A DNA stretch of 64,000 bases. Origin: Verrucomicrobiota bacterium. Its GTDB lineage: Bacteria; Verrucomicrobiota; Verrucomicrobiia; Limisphaerales; UBA1100. The position numbers were made by a program, and so were the translations under genes. Of the stretch, positions 9,756-19,726 are shown piece after piece. Each line of letters begins with the position of its first letter. Position 1 is the first letter of the stretch. The DNA is taken from NCBI GenBank assembly GCA_028343615.1, contig JAOLZA010000006.1, forward strand, positions 245-64,244, given 5' to 3'. A model generated the notes under the pieces. It was not told the DNA's origin and did no database searches. It saw only the letters and a program-made list of their open reading frames with translations.

Positions 9756-11179
9756 GTGCGCGATGTTTTCATTTTGTGATGATGGTGATTGTTTATTCAC
9801 TCGTGGGGTGCGCGCTGCGATTGCCAGAGCAACAGGGTTTTCCGATGAACCTGCCGGAGAATTGGTCCTCGGGCCAAAGTTCGACTAATGACCCGACCGG
9901 AGAATGGTGGGAATCTTTGGGCAACACGGAATTGACGGGTTTCGTCAAGGAGGCGTTGGTTAATAATCCGAACCTTCAAATGACGGCGGTTCGATTGGAG
10001 CAGTCGCGCTTACGCGCTAGGATTGCGGGAGCAGATCGTCGGCCCACATTGAATGCCTCTCTGGATGCCGGTAAAAAACGCAGCAACTTTATTGGTCTGC
10101 CAATTGGCGACATGTCAGTACTCACTTCGCGTTCTGAGAATTATGGTTTTGCTCTGTCCAGCAACTGGGAGTTGGACGTGTGGGGTCGAATTCGCGCCGG
10201 ACAACTTGCCGCATCAATGGACACCGCCGTGGCGCAGGCTGAGTTGGCCGCGGCGCAGCAATCTCTTGCCGCACAGGCGGTGAAAGTGTGGCTGGCACTT
10301 ACCGAGGCGCGCGAACAATTGGGTTTGGCACAAAGCAATCTCGGCATTCTTGATCTTACTGTACGTCAGGCCGACCTCCGCTATGGACTTGGCGTGGGGC
10401 CGGCGTTGGATTTGCGTTTGGCTGAGACGAATCTGGCCTCCGCCCGCGCGACTGTGGAGCAATGGCGTTCTCCGCTCGCGCAGGCGCAGCGACAACTGGA
10501 AGTCTTGCTGGGCCGTTATCCGGCGGGCGCGCTCGGGGGTATAGCGAAATTGCCGGATTTGCCGCCGCCGATCCCTATCGGCTTACCATCACAACTACTT
10601 ACGCGTCGCCCGGATATTTTGGGTGCGCACGGCCGGTTGATAGCCGCCGATGCTCGCATTGCTGTGGCACAAGCGGAATTGTACCCAAAATTTTCACTCA
10701 CTGCTTCTGGTGGCACTTCCAGTGACGAGTTGGAAAATCTGTTGAACAATCATTTGCTCGTGTGGTCTTTGGGGTCCAACCTCACGCAGCCGATCCTTAA
10801 TGGCGGTCGTTTGCGGGCCCAAGTAAAATTAAGGGAATCTCTCGCAGCGGAAGCGGTGATCCAATATCGGGGCATAGTGCTTAATGCGTTCGCCGAAGTG
10901 GAAATAGCGTTAGTAAACGAACAATTGTTAAGCGCTCGTGAGTCACGTCTAGCGGAGTCTGCCGGCATGGCCGCGCAGGCTTTGGTGCTTGCGGAGGATC
11001 GTTTCGCGCGCGGCCTAGAACCCTTTATCCGTGTGCTTGAAACTCAGCGGCGCGTCAATGGATTGCAGAGCCAGCAAGTGGGGGTGCGGAGGTTGTGCTT
11101 GGAAAATCGCGTGAATCTTCACCTTGCGCTCGGCGGAAGCTTTGGCATCCCAAAGAACGCAACGAAGGGGACACCGTGA
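9752..11179 (+). CDS. Efflux outer membrane factor lipoprotein (NodT/TolC family)
   Basis: Lipobox LVGC; WELDVWGR, PSQLLTRRPDI, ALGG motifs. Confidence 0.93.
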   Translation: MSARCFHFVMMVIVYSLVGCALRLPEQQGFPMNLPENWSSGQSSTNDPTGEWWESLGNTELTGFVKEALVNNPNLQMTAVRLEQSRLRARIAGADRRPTLNASLDAGKKRSNFIGLPIGDMSVLTSRSENYGFALSSNWELDVWGRIRAGQLAASMDTAVAQAELAAAQQSLAAQAVKVWLALTEAREQLGLAQSNLGILDLTVRQADLRYGLGVGPALDLRLAETNLASARATVEQWRSPLAQAQRQLEVLLGRYPAGALGGIAKLPDLPPPIPIGLPSQLLTRRPDILGAHGRLIAADARIAVAQAELYPKFSLTASGGTSSDELENLLNNHLLVWSLGSNLTQPILNGGRLRAQVKLRESLAAEAVIQYRGIVLNAFAEVEIALVNEQLLSARESRLAESAGMAAQALVLAEDRFARGLEPFIRVLETQRRVNGLQSQQVGVRRLCLENRVNLHLALGGSFGIPKNATKGTP

Positions 11180-12435
11180 CACGCCGTGTTTTACAAATTG
11201 CTTTGCCGGTATTGGTGCTTTTGACGGGAGCATATTGTTCTTGGTGGTTGGCGACTAACCGAAAATTAATCTCACCGAGTCCTGTAGTGCGCTTTAAACC
11301 CCGCGTGGAAGCTCTCGCGGTGAAACTGGAAATATTTACACCGGTGGTGGAATCACAGGGAACAGTGATGCCGCGCCGCGAAATTGACTTGGCCCCGGAA
11401 GTAAGTGGCCGCGTAGTTTGGGTTTCCCCTCAACTGGTCGCCGGCGGTCTTTTTGTGCATGAAGAAGAATTGGTGCGGATCGATCCGGGTGATTATGAAC
11501 TGGCATTGCGCCAGGCCACGGCGAACATTCAATCTGCTCTTGCATCCATGACTAACGCTTTAGCGCAAGTAAGTCGCGGTGAAGCGCAAATGGCGCAAGC
11601 GGGGGCACGTATCACTCGTGAAGAAGCAGAGGCCACTGCAGCACGCGCTGAGTGGAAGTTGCTGGGTCGAGAAGGTGAGCCACCCGCGTTATTGGTTCGC
11701 GATTCCCAGTTGCGTGAAGGGAGAGCAGATTTGGCTTCGGCAAAGGCGTTAATTGGAGCTTCGCGCGCGCAATACGAATCGGGCAAAGCTGCGTTAACAG
11801 CTGCGGAGGCGGGTCGGGATCAAGCGCAGGTGAACTTGAAGCGTTGCGTTATGTTCGCGCCATTTGCTGGTCGTGTAAAATCACAGTCAATAGGAGTGGG
11901 TCAATTGGTGTCACGGGCGAGCGTGTTAGCGAAAATTCAACCTGTGGCAGTAGCGGAAGTGCGGTTGCCCTTGCCGATGAAGGACCTTAAATATCTGCGG
12001 CTGGGAGACTCTTTGCGTGGCGGTATGATTGATGGTCCGCTGGTGAGACTCACCACGGGTGACAATGAGTGGTCCGGCCAGATCATTCGTACGGAGGGTG
12101 AAGTAGAGGCGGGCACGCGCATGATGGCGGTGGTGGCACGTGTAGTTGCGCCGTATGCCGAGGGGGGCTCTACGTTGAGTTTTGGGCGTTTTGTGATGGC
12201 ACTCATTGAAGGGGAGCCGATGACGGGTGTGGTTGTTTTGCCTCGCGCGGCATTGCGTGAGGGTGGAGTGGTTTATGTGCTTCGTGAAGGCAAATTGTTT
12301 TCCCGAGTAGTGAAAACTTTGTGGAGCGATCGCGATCGAGTGGTGATTGGCTCTGGCTTGAAAGGCGGCGATCGGGTTTGCCTTTCTGCGCTCGATTCAT
12401 TTGTCGAAGGCATGGAGGTCCGCGCAAGTGAATAG
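11176..12435 (+). CDS. RND efflux periplasmic adaptor (membrane fusion protein)
   Basis: N-terminal TM, PEVSGRV, long coiled-coil hairpin, APFAGRV, GLKGGDRV; GTG start overlapping upstream TGA. Confidence 0.92.
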   Translation: MTRRVLQIALPVLVLLTGAYCSWWLATNRKLISPSPVVRFKPRVEALAVKLEIFTPVVESQGTVMPRREIDLAPEVSGRVVWVSPQLVAGGLFVHEEELVRIDPGDYELALRQATANIQSALASMTNALAQVSRGEAQMAQAGARITREEAEATAARAEWKLLGREGEPPALLVRDSQLREGRADLASAKALIGASRAQYESGKAALTAAEAGRDQAQVNLKRCVMFAPFAGRVKSQSIGVGQLVSRASVLAKIQPVAVAEVRLPLPMKDLKYLRLGDSLRGGMIDGPLVRLTTGDNEWSGQIIRTEGEVEAGTRMMAVVARVVAPYAEGGSTLSFGRFVMALIEGEPMTGVVVLPRAALREGGVVYVLREGKLFSRVVKTLWSDRDRVVIGSGLKGGDRVCLSALDSFVEGMEVRASE

Positions 12436-15400
12436 GGTCATTGAATGGTTCGCAGTCAATCGCGTGGCGGCAAACTTATTGGCAGCATTTATTTTGTTGG
12501 CGGGGTTTTTGGCAATCCCGAAAATCAAACAAGAAGTGTTTCCAGAGTTTGACTCGGATTGGGTTTTGATTGAGGTGCCGTACCCTGGCGCGGCGCCGGA
12601 GGAAACAGAGGAGGGCATCTGCGCACGCGTGGAACAGTCGGTGCAGGGACTGCAGGGCGTAAAGCAAATGGTGTCTACCGCGGCCGAGGGAATGGGCATT
12701 GTGGCCATCGAGTTGTTGCCGCATACGGACGGACAAAAGTTTCTTGATGAGGCCAAGGCAAAGGTGGATGCGATTGACACATTCCCTGAGGATTCAGACA
12801 AGCCTGTCATTAGCGAAATCATCATCCGTAAACAGGTTGTTAATGTTGCCGTCAAGGGAGAAGTGGGTGAAGTGGCACTCAAGCGCGCGGGTGAACGTGT
12901 TCGGGATGAATTACTGGCTCGACCGGGGATCACTCAGGTGGAGTTGGTGAATGTACGCCCCTATGAAGTTTCCATCGAGTTACGCGAAGAGGATTTGCGC
13001 CGTTATGGTCTAACCTTTGATGAGGTGGCAGCCGCCGTACGCGAAAGTTCCCTGAATCTTCCCGGGGGTATGCTTAAGACTGCGGGTGGTGATATTCTGC
13101 TTCGCGCCAAAGCTCAGGCATATGGACAGGTCGACTTCGAATCGCTGCCGGTGCGCACCCATCAAGACGGCAGTCGGCTTACTTTAGGACAAGTGGCACA
13201 AGTTGTTGATGGGTTCGCGGAGGTGGATTCGCACGCTCGCTTTGATGGTCAGCCCTCGGCACTGGTGCGGGTGTTTCGCGTAGGTGATCAAAGTGCGTTG
13301 GAGGTTTCGAGGATTGTGAAAAATTATGTTGCCACTGCGGAGGCTAACATGCCGGTTGGTGTCACACTGGAAACGTGGCAGGACGATTCTTCGTACCTGA
13401 GAAGCAGGCTCGACCTTCTCCTGCGTAACGGCCGGGCAGGACTGATTTTGGTATTCTTCATTCTTGCTTTATTTCTGAGGTTTCGGTTGGCAATGTGGGT
13501 AACCTTTGGGATTCCGGTATCGTTCCTAGGCACGTTGTGGTTAATGCCGGCAATGGACGCCTCCATTAGCCTCATTACACTCTTTGCTTTTATTGTTGTG
13601 CTAGGAATTGTGGTCGATGACGCGATCGTGCTCGGCGAAAATATTTACACTCATCAGGAAAAATACGGCGCTGGTATTAAGAGCACAATTAGCGGTGCGT
13701 TGGAGGTTGGGCGTCCAGTTATTTTTGGGGTGCTCACCACTGTGGCGGCCTTTTATCCATTGCTTGCAATCGAAGGGAATACCGGAAAAATATTGCGCTA
13801 TATTCCGTTGATTGTAATGCCAACTCTTTTGTTTTCACTCGTGGAATGCCTTTTGATTTTGCCGGCGCATTTACGAAATTTGCCTGATGTGAAAAACAAA
13901 AAAAAATCGGGGCTATGGTCACGGTTACAGTCTTTTTTTTCAGGAGGCGTGGAGTGGTTTATTTTGAAAATCTACCAACCCTTTCTCGAGAGCTGTTTGC
14001 GTTGGCGTTACCTCACTCTTTCAATTGGGGTAACGGCTTTGTTTCTCACCTTGGCAGGTTATGCTGGTGGCCACTTCAAATTCATTTTCCTGCCTTCCGT
14101 GGAAGGGGATAACGTGGCTGCGTGGGTGAGTTTTCCGCGCGGAACGCCAGTGCAGGTAACTGAAAAGGCCGTGCGACAGCTGGAAGACGCCGCCGAAGAG
14201 TTGCGTCTCGAGATAGCTGCGAGCGGAAATGATGGGACTAATACAATCCTCCACTCGCTTGCCAGTATTGGGCAGCAACCTTTTCGGATGGAGGCGGAGA
14301 TGGCGGGAGGTAACTACGATGCTAATCATTTTGGCAGTCACAAGGGTGAAGTGCATTTGGAAGTCGCCCCATCTGAGGATCGAACAATCACCAGTCAAGG
14401 CATGGCTGATCGTTGGCGCGAGTTGGCTGGCGATTTTTCCGGGGCCACGGAAGTTGGGTTCAGCGCCAGTATTTTTTCGGCGGGAAAACCAATAAATATC
14501 CGTTTAAGTGGCCCAAGCCTTTCGACGCTCAAGGCCGCAACAGAGGAGCTGAAGTTGCGCTTAAAAAGCTATCCCGGAGTGCAGGATATTTCCGATACAT
14601 TTCGTGCTGGGAAACGTGAGCTCAAAATCAAACTCAAGCCCGAGGCGGAATTGCTCGGTTTGCGTCAAACTGACCTTGCGCGTCAAGTCCGACAGGCTTT
14701 TTTTGGCGAGGAAGCCCAGCGAATTCAGCGCAACCGGGATGATTTAAAAGTCATGGTGCGCTACCCAGCGAACCACCGACGTTCGCTGCATGATTTACAT
14801 GACCTGCGTATTCTTACGCGCGAAGGATTTCGGGTTCCTTTTACTGAAGTCGCCGACACCGTGGAAGGTCGTGGATACGCGAGTATTCGCCGTGTTGATG
14901 GGCGACGGTCGGTGAATGTCACTGCCGAGGTGGACATCACCCGTATTGAGCCCAACAAACTCATCACGAGTTTGGAAGAGAAAGATTTGCCGGAACTATC
15001 TGCTGAATTTCCCGGCCTTCAACACAGTTTTCAGGGTGCGAGGCAGGAACAGGAACTCACGCTTAACAGCATGTATCGTGCGTTTCTTGTGGCGATGGTG
15101 ATGATTTATGCACTGCTTGCGATTCCGTTTGGGTCATATATTCAGCCCTTTATCGTGATGATTGCGATCCCATTTGGGCTTATTGGTGCGGTATTGGGCC
15201 ATCTAATAATGGGGATGGAATTAACTGTACTCTCGATGTTCGGCGTCGTGGCACTCACTGGTGTGGTTGTGAACGATAGCCTTGTGATGGTCGATTTTGT
15301 AAATCGTAATCGACCTAAGCATAATAACCTTATTGATGCCGTGCGCGTGAGTGGTGTGGCACGTTTTCGAGCGATCTTGCTTACTTCGCTGACAACATTT

Positions 15401-15607
15401 GCTGGGCTCACACCTCTGGTGTTTTTTGAAAAAAGTGTACAAGCCCAATTCCTCATCCCAATGGCTGTCTCGATTGGCTTCGGCGTAATGTTTGCCACTC
15501 TCGTTACGCTCGTGTTAGTGCCATCGCTCTATATGATATTGGAAGATCTCCGGGCAAGCTGGCAGTGGCTTTACGGATCAGCGTCCATCAAACCTGAAAA
15601 AGTCTGA
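12428..15607 (+). CDS. RND efflux permease (AcrB/AcrD/AcrF family)
   Basis: GIVVDDAIV and RFRAILLTSLTT proton-relay motifs; ~1060 aa with two large periplasmic loops. Confidence 0.95.
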   Translation: MNRVIEWFAVNRVAANLLAAFILLAGFLAIPKIKQEVFPEFDSDWVLIEVPYPGAAPEETEEGICARVEQSVQGLQGVKQMVSTAAEGMGIVAIELLPHTDGQKFLDEAKAKVDAIDTFPEDSDKPVISEIIIRKQVVNVAVKGEVGEVALKRAGERVRDELLARPGITQVELVNVRPYEVSIELREEDLRRYGLTFDEVAAAVRESSLNLPGGMLKTAGGDILLRAKAQAYGQVDFESLPVRTHQDGSRLTLGQVAQVVDGFAEVDSHARFDGQPSALVRVFRVGDQSALEVSRIVKNYVATAEANMPVGVTLETWQDDSSYLRSRLDLLLRNGRAGLILVFFILALFLRFRLAMWVTFGIPVSFLGTLWLMPAMDASISLITLFAFIVVLGIVVDDAIVLGENIYTHQEKYGAGIKSTISGALEVGRPVIFGVLTTVAAFYPLLAIEGNTGKILRYIPLIVMPTLLFSLVECLLILPAHLRNLPDVKNKKKSGLWSRLQSFFSGGVEWFILKIYQPFLESCLRWRYLTLSIGVTALFLTLAGYAGGHFKFIFLPSVEGDNVAAWVSFPRGTPVQVTEKAVRQLEDAAEELRLEIAASGNDGTNTILHSLASIGQQPFRMEAEMAGGNYDANHFGSHKGEVHLEVAPSEDRTITSQGMADRWRELAGDFSGATEVGFSASIFSAGKPINIRLSGPSLSTLKAATEELKLRLKSYPGVQDISDTFRAGKRELKIKLKPEAELLGLRQTDLARQVRQAFFGEEAQRIQRNRDDLKVMVRYPANHRRSLHDLHDLRILTREGFRVPFTEVADTVEGRGYASIRRVDGRRSVNVTAEVDITRIEPNKLITSLEEKDLPELSAEFPGLQHSFQGARQEQELTLNSMYRAFLVAMVMIYALLAIPFGSYIQPFIVMIAIPFGLIGAVLGHLIMGMELTVLSMFGVVALTGVVVNDSLVMVDFVNRNRPKHNNLIDAVRVSGVARFRAILLTSLTTFAGLTPLVFFEKSVQAQFLIPMAVSIGFGVMFATLVTLVLVPSLYMILEDLRASWQWLYGSASIKPEKV

Positions 15608-15660
15608 TCGGTTTTGCTTCCCCGCAGGGCTCTTGCACGCTAACGTCACGCCCGTCTCGC

Positions 15661-17271
15661 ATGGCACGTAAAGCATCACTGTTGGTTGTTTTCCTAACTG
15701 TCTTCATCGATCTGGTTGGTTTTGGGATCGTGCTGCCTATGTTGCCGCTCTACGCGAAAACTTATGGCGCGGCGGGCATTATTGCCGGGCTCCTCGTGGC
15801 CTCGTACTCATTGATGCAATTCCTTTTCGCTCCTTGGTGGGGCCGCCTTTCCGATCGCATTGGGCGCCGCCCCGTGTTGCTCATTAGCACTGCAGGCGCA
15901 TGTATCTCATATATCTTGTTTGCGTTAGCGTGTTATTATGAATCTTTGTGGGGCCTGCTTGCCTCTCGTATGGCAGCGGGTGTTTGTGGGGCCAACCTGT
16001 CTGTGGCCAGTGCGTATATCGCCGATATCTCCTCGCCGGAAGACCGATCCAAACGTATGGGACTCATTGGCATGGCTTTCGGCTTGGGTTTTATTGTGGG
16101 GCCGGCGTTGGGCGCGCTGAGCGCGGAATGGTTTGGCGTTACCGGCCCTGGTTGGACGGCGGCCACCATTTGTGGCCTCAACCTCATTTTGGCGTATTTT
16201 GTACTGGGAGAAAGCCGCCGGCCTGAGAGCGATCCTGCGCCTCCACCGCCGCGCCTTCAACAAATCACCCGAATGTTGAAACGTAAACAGCTCGCTTGTC
16301 TAATGGGCGTATTTTTCTTGGCCACATTTTGTTTCACTTGTTTTGAATCTACCTTTGTAGTGACCTTCACCGGCACCAAGGAATCTCCTGGTACATTTGC
16401 CTTCAAACAGGATGTTCCTGTGCCGGATATTGATGAACCTTTTCCCGTTCCAAATTGGCACGTGGTTACGGGTGAAGAAGTGCGACGAGGTGAGCCCATT
16501 TGCACTTTGGTCACGTTTGCGAGCACCAATGTCATTAACGCGCCCAAGAGCGGGCGGATCTCCTTAGAGAACTGGGAATTTGCCCCACCAGAAGGCAAGG
16601 TGGCCACCATTGATTATACGCGTACCATTGCCTATTACATGTTGGTATTTTGTGGCCTGATTGGAGCTGTTATTCAAGGAAAGTTTATCGGTCCACTTGT
16701 AAACTGGCTGGGTGAAAAATGGTTGATCGTTGTCGGTCTTGCTTTGTTGGGACTCAGTCTTGCGTGGTTACCACTAGCGAATGCGCCGCACTTTTATTTA
16801 CTGCTCGGTGCATTAGCTTTATTTTCCGTCAGTTCAAGTGTGTACCGCGCGCCAACTTACGGGCTGATTTCCCTCAACGCAGGCCCCAATGAGCAGGGCG
16901 AAGTTATGGGGGTCACTCAAAGCATCGGGAGTCTCGCGCGGATTATTGGGCCGTTGATTGCGTTGGGATTATTGGATGTGTCCATACGATTGCCGTATTT
17001 TATTTGTGCCGCCATCGCAGTGGTGGCGGCTATCGTCGCCGCGGTTTTATTGAAGCCAGCCGACAAGGCTGTACTGGTTGCTGAGGCGGGGCTTCGGGAA
17101 AAGAAAGTTGGGGAGAAGCCTCCCGGAAAAATTAACCTGCGAGGTAAGACGATCCACGAAGAGGGGGTTGAAGGTGAATCTCCAGCACAGGTGGGCCCTA
17201 AACGTATCAATTTACGCGCGAAGCCGACGGAAGATGTGGATTCAGGAGCGAATGAAAAGGAGGGGGGATGA
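15661..17271 (+). CDS. MFS transporter (TetA/DHA1-like) with inserted lipoyl-like domain
   Basis: Motif A GRLSDRIGRR, AYIADIS, GFIVGPALG; ~85-aa hydrophilic insert after TM7. Confidence 0.9.
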   Translation: MARKASLLVVFLTVFIDLVGFGIVLPMLPLYAKTYGAAGIIAGLLVASYSLMQFLFAPWWGRLSDRIGRRPVLLISTAGACISYILFALACYYESLWGLLASRMAAGVCGANLSVASAYIADISSPEDRSKRMGLIGMAFGLGFIVGPALGALSAEWFGVTGPGWTAATICGLNLILAYFVLGESRRPESDPAPPPPRLQQITRMLKRKQLACLMGVFFLATFCFTCFESTFVVTFTGTKESPGTFAFKQDVPVPDIDEPFPVPNWHVVTGEEVRRGEPICTLVTFASTNVINAPKSGRISLENWEFAPPEGKVATIDYTRTIAYYMLVFCGLIGAVIQGKFIGPLVNWLGEKWLIVVGLALLGLSLAWLPLANAPHFYLLLGALALFSVSSSVYRAPTYGLISLNAGPNEQGEVMGVTQSIGSLARIIGPLIALGLLDVSIRLPYFICAAIAVVAAIVAAVLLKPADKAVLVAEAGLREKKVGEKPPGKINLRGKTIHEEGVEGESPAQVGPKRINLRAKPTEDVDSGANEKEGG

Positions 17272-17921
17272 TTCGTAACGTGCTGTTTGATTGGTCCGGT
17301 ACATTGGTGAACGATTTGCCTGCGGTGTGGCGTGCTACCAATTACACCTTCACCCAATCCGGTTATCCGGAAATGAGCCTTGAGGAGTTTCGCTCGAAGT
17401 TCAGTTTACCCTTCGATGAATTCTACGAACGTGTTGCACCAGGAGTGCCATTGCAGCAACTAGAGAAATGGTACAAACTCGGTTTCGCTGTCGAGCAGAA
17501 AACCATCGAATTGCTTCCATTTGCAGAGGATTTTTTTAGCTTTTGTAAGTCAAAGCACCTGCGCACTTTTTTGCTGAGCACCATTCATCCGGATCATTAC
17601 CGCGAGCAGTCTGCGCGCATTGCGTTTGATTTTGATCATGTTTATGTGCGCGTGATGGATAAGCGAGTGCGTATAGCCCAAATTCTCAAAGAACAAAATT
17701 TACTTGCCGAGGAAACGATGTTCATTGGCGACATGCAGCATGATGTGGAAACCGCTTATGCGGGCGGTATTCACTCTTGCGCCGTATTGACCGGTTACAA
17801 TTCTCGCGAACAGCTGGAGGAAGCAGAGCCGGAGCTGATCGTGGAACACTTGGGCGAGTTGGAGGAAATATTGAAGGAATCCGGAATGGAATGGCCCGCG
17901 CCAATTTCTGCTAATGAATGA
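17268..17921 (+). CDS. HAD family hydrolase (phosphoglycolate phosphatase-like)
   Basis: FDWSGTL (DxD variant) and FIGDMQHD motifs. Confidence 0.85.
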   Translation: MIRNVLFDWSGTLVNDLPAVWRATNYTFTQSGYPEMSLEEFRSKFSLPFDEFYERVAPGVPLQQLEKWYKLGFAVEQKTIELLPFAEDFFSFCKSKHLRTFLLSTIHPDHYREQSARIAFDFDHVYVRVMDKRVRIAQILKEQNLLAEETMFIGDMQHDVETAYAGGIHSCAVLTGYNSREQLEEAEPELIVEHLGELEEILKESGMEWPAPISANE

Positions 17922-18264
17922 TACAATCACCATTGCTGATCTTGAAATACACGCCCGTGTGGGCGTGCCTGACGAGGAACGCGCATCTCCACAACGACTT
18001 TTGTTCACTGTCGAAATGGAGCACGACTTTGCCGAAGCCGCCAAGGCCGATGCAATTGGTGGCACGATTGATTACTATGCGGTGACGATGGCTCTCACAA
18101 AAATGGCCGATGCCGGTGAATGGCGGTTGATCGAGAAACTTGCAGAGGATGTGGCGGCGCTGGTGCTTGCAAAATTCCAGCCGAATTGCGTGCGGGTGGA
18201 GGTAAAGAAGTTTATACTGCCTCAAACACGCTTGGTATCCGTGCGTATTGAGCGCCGCCGTTAA
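17914..18264 (+). CDS. folB: Dihydroneopterin aldolase
   Basis: GVPDEER..PQ, TIDY, LIEKLAE, VEVKK. Confidence 0.92.
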   Translation: MNDTITIADLEIHARVGVPDEERASPQRLLFTVEMEHDFAEAAKADAIGGTIDYYAVTMALTKMADAGEWRLIEKLAEDVAALVLAKFQPNCVRVEVKKFILPQTRLVSVRIERRR

Positions 18265-19649
18265 TCTTTCTTTTCTTCCTTCGGCTGCGGCGGGGCGAAG
18301 GGGCGGTTCTCGATGATTAACTCACGGATTTCTCTGGGATTTTTTTGGTGATGTGAGGCAAGCCCGGCGGATAGTCCGCTGATATAAGCTGAGGATGCTG
18401 AAGTTCCACTGATGGCGTATGTGCGGTTTCCAAATCGCGCTGGATGCGTTCCGCGCGCGGCGACATCGATAAAATTACCGCGATTAGCGTATGCCGTCAG
18501 CTCGCCGTTGGGGCGTGTGGCTGTGACGGCCATCACTTGCGGGTGCGCGGCGGGGAAATGTGGCGTGGTCACGGGTTCGTTGCCGGCTGCGCCCACGAAA
18601 AGCACCCCATTTTTATGATGTGTAGTGATGATGCGCTGAAGCAGCGGGCTGGCTTGATAGCTGCCGAGGCTAAGGTTAATTATTGTGGCACCGTTGTTCA
18701 CCGCTTCGGTGATGCCGTTGGCGATGTTGAAAGAGTTGGCGTTTACATTAGCTCCAAACACATCCACCGGCAAAATCCGCACGGGACTGTTTTGCACGCC
18801 CAAGTCTTTATTGGCTAGGCCGCGCAAAATAATCCCGGCCATTGATGTGCCATGGGTGGGTGCGCTGTTCGGGGGAGTGAAAGGATCGGACATTGAAAGT
18901 GCGGGCAAAAGGAATCCGGGTTGGTCAAGTCCGGCGGGTTGCACGGCGGTGTCAATGAGGCCGATGATAAGTTGACCTTTTGTGTCGACTTCTTCCGGCC
19001 GCACGGACACGGGTAGTACGCCCGTGCCGCCTGCCACTAGAACAGGTGTGGCGGGGCGAGGGTATAAATGCACGTCATCGATTATATCCGTGACGCCGAG
19101 CTCGGCCATGGCTTGGCGCGCAGCGGCCATGGCGCGCGGGTCAGTGAACTTAAGCTGTGCGACGTTGGCAATTTTAATGAAACCGAGAAGATTGGCATTA
19201 AAACGCTTGGCTAGGGCGACTGCGTCTTGTTCAGGGCGAAATATGACGGCGAGCTGGTTGGGCGCGACCTTCGGCTTGGAAACCGGTTCTGCCATCGGTT
19301 CGGTTTCGGCGATGATATTAGCTGAGTAAACCTCCAGTTTCCCAGGTTCGCCGGGGCGTGCGCTGAGTGTGTAATGAAGGTCGCCTAGCAGAAACCGCAA
19401 TGCTTCTCCCACGGGCTTAGGTTTGAATTTCACCGAGACAGGCCGGTTAAGACCCGTTTGCATCCGGACTTGCCAGCCAGTTTCGCGTTGTATGCCACCA
19501 AGTACTTCAACCAATGACGTGTCTCGCATGTCCAAGGCGAGGTGCTTGCGAAATGCGTTCCATGTGATTTCCTTTTCGGCAGCGAACAAAGGTTCGAACA
19601 GGGATAGAAATACTGAAACTGCAACTATGACATGGAATTTCAAGAGCAA
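18261..19649 (-). CDS. Secreted S8 subtilisin-like serine peptidase with N-terminal STN/secretin-N0-like domain
   Basis: GLIDTAV (D), THGTSMA (H), INLSLG, AAGN, SGTSASSA (S); signal peptide. Confidence 0.88.
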   Translation of the reverse strand: MLLKFHVIVAVSVFLSLFEPLFAAEKEITWNAFRKHLALDMRDTSLVEVLGGIQRETGWQVRMQTGLNRPVSVKFKPKPVGEALRFLLGDLHYTLSARPGEPGKLEVYSANIIAETEPMAEPVSKPKVAPNQLAVIFRPEQDAVALAKRFNANLLGFIKIANVAQLKFTDPRAMAAARQAMAELGVTDIIDDVHLYPRPATPVLVAGGTGVLPVSVRPEEVDTKGQLIIGLIDTAVQPAGLDQPGFLLPALSMSDPFTPPNSAPTHGTSMAGIILRGLANKDLGVQNSPVRILPVDVFGANVNANSFNIANGITEAVNNGATIINLSLGSYQASPLLQRIITTHHKNGVLFVGAAGNEPVTTPHFPAAHPQVMAVTATRPNGELTAYANRGNFIDVAARGTHPARFGNRTYAISGTSASSAYISGLSAGLASHHQKNPREIRELIIENRPFAPPQPKEEKKD

Positions 19650-19726
19650 AAATTACCCGTTATTTGACTGAAATTACAATGTTTTTGGCTTGCGGATATG
19701 CGTTTTGACTGTTAATAACTTGGGAT

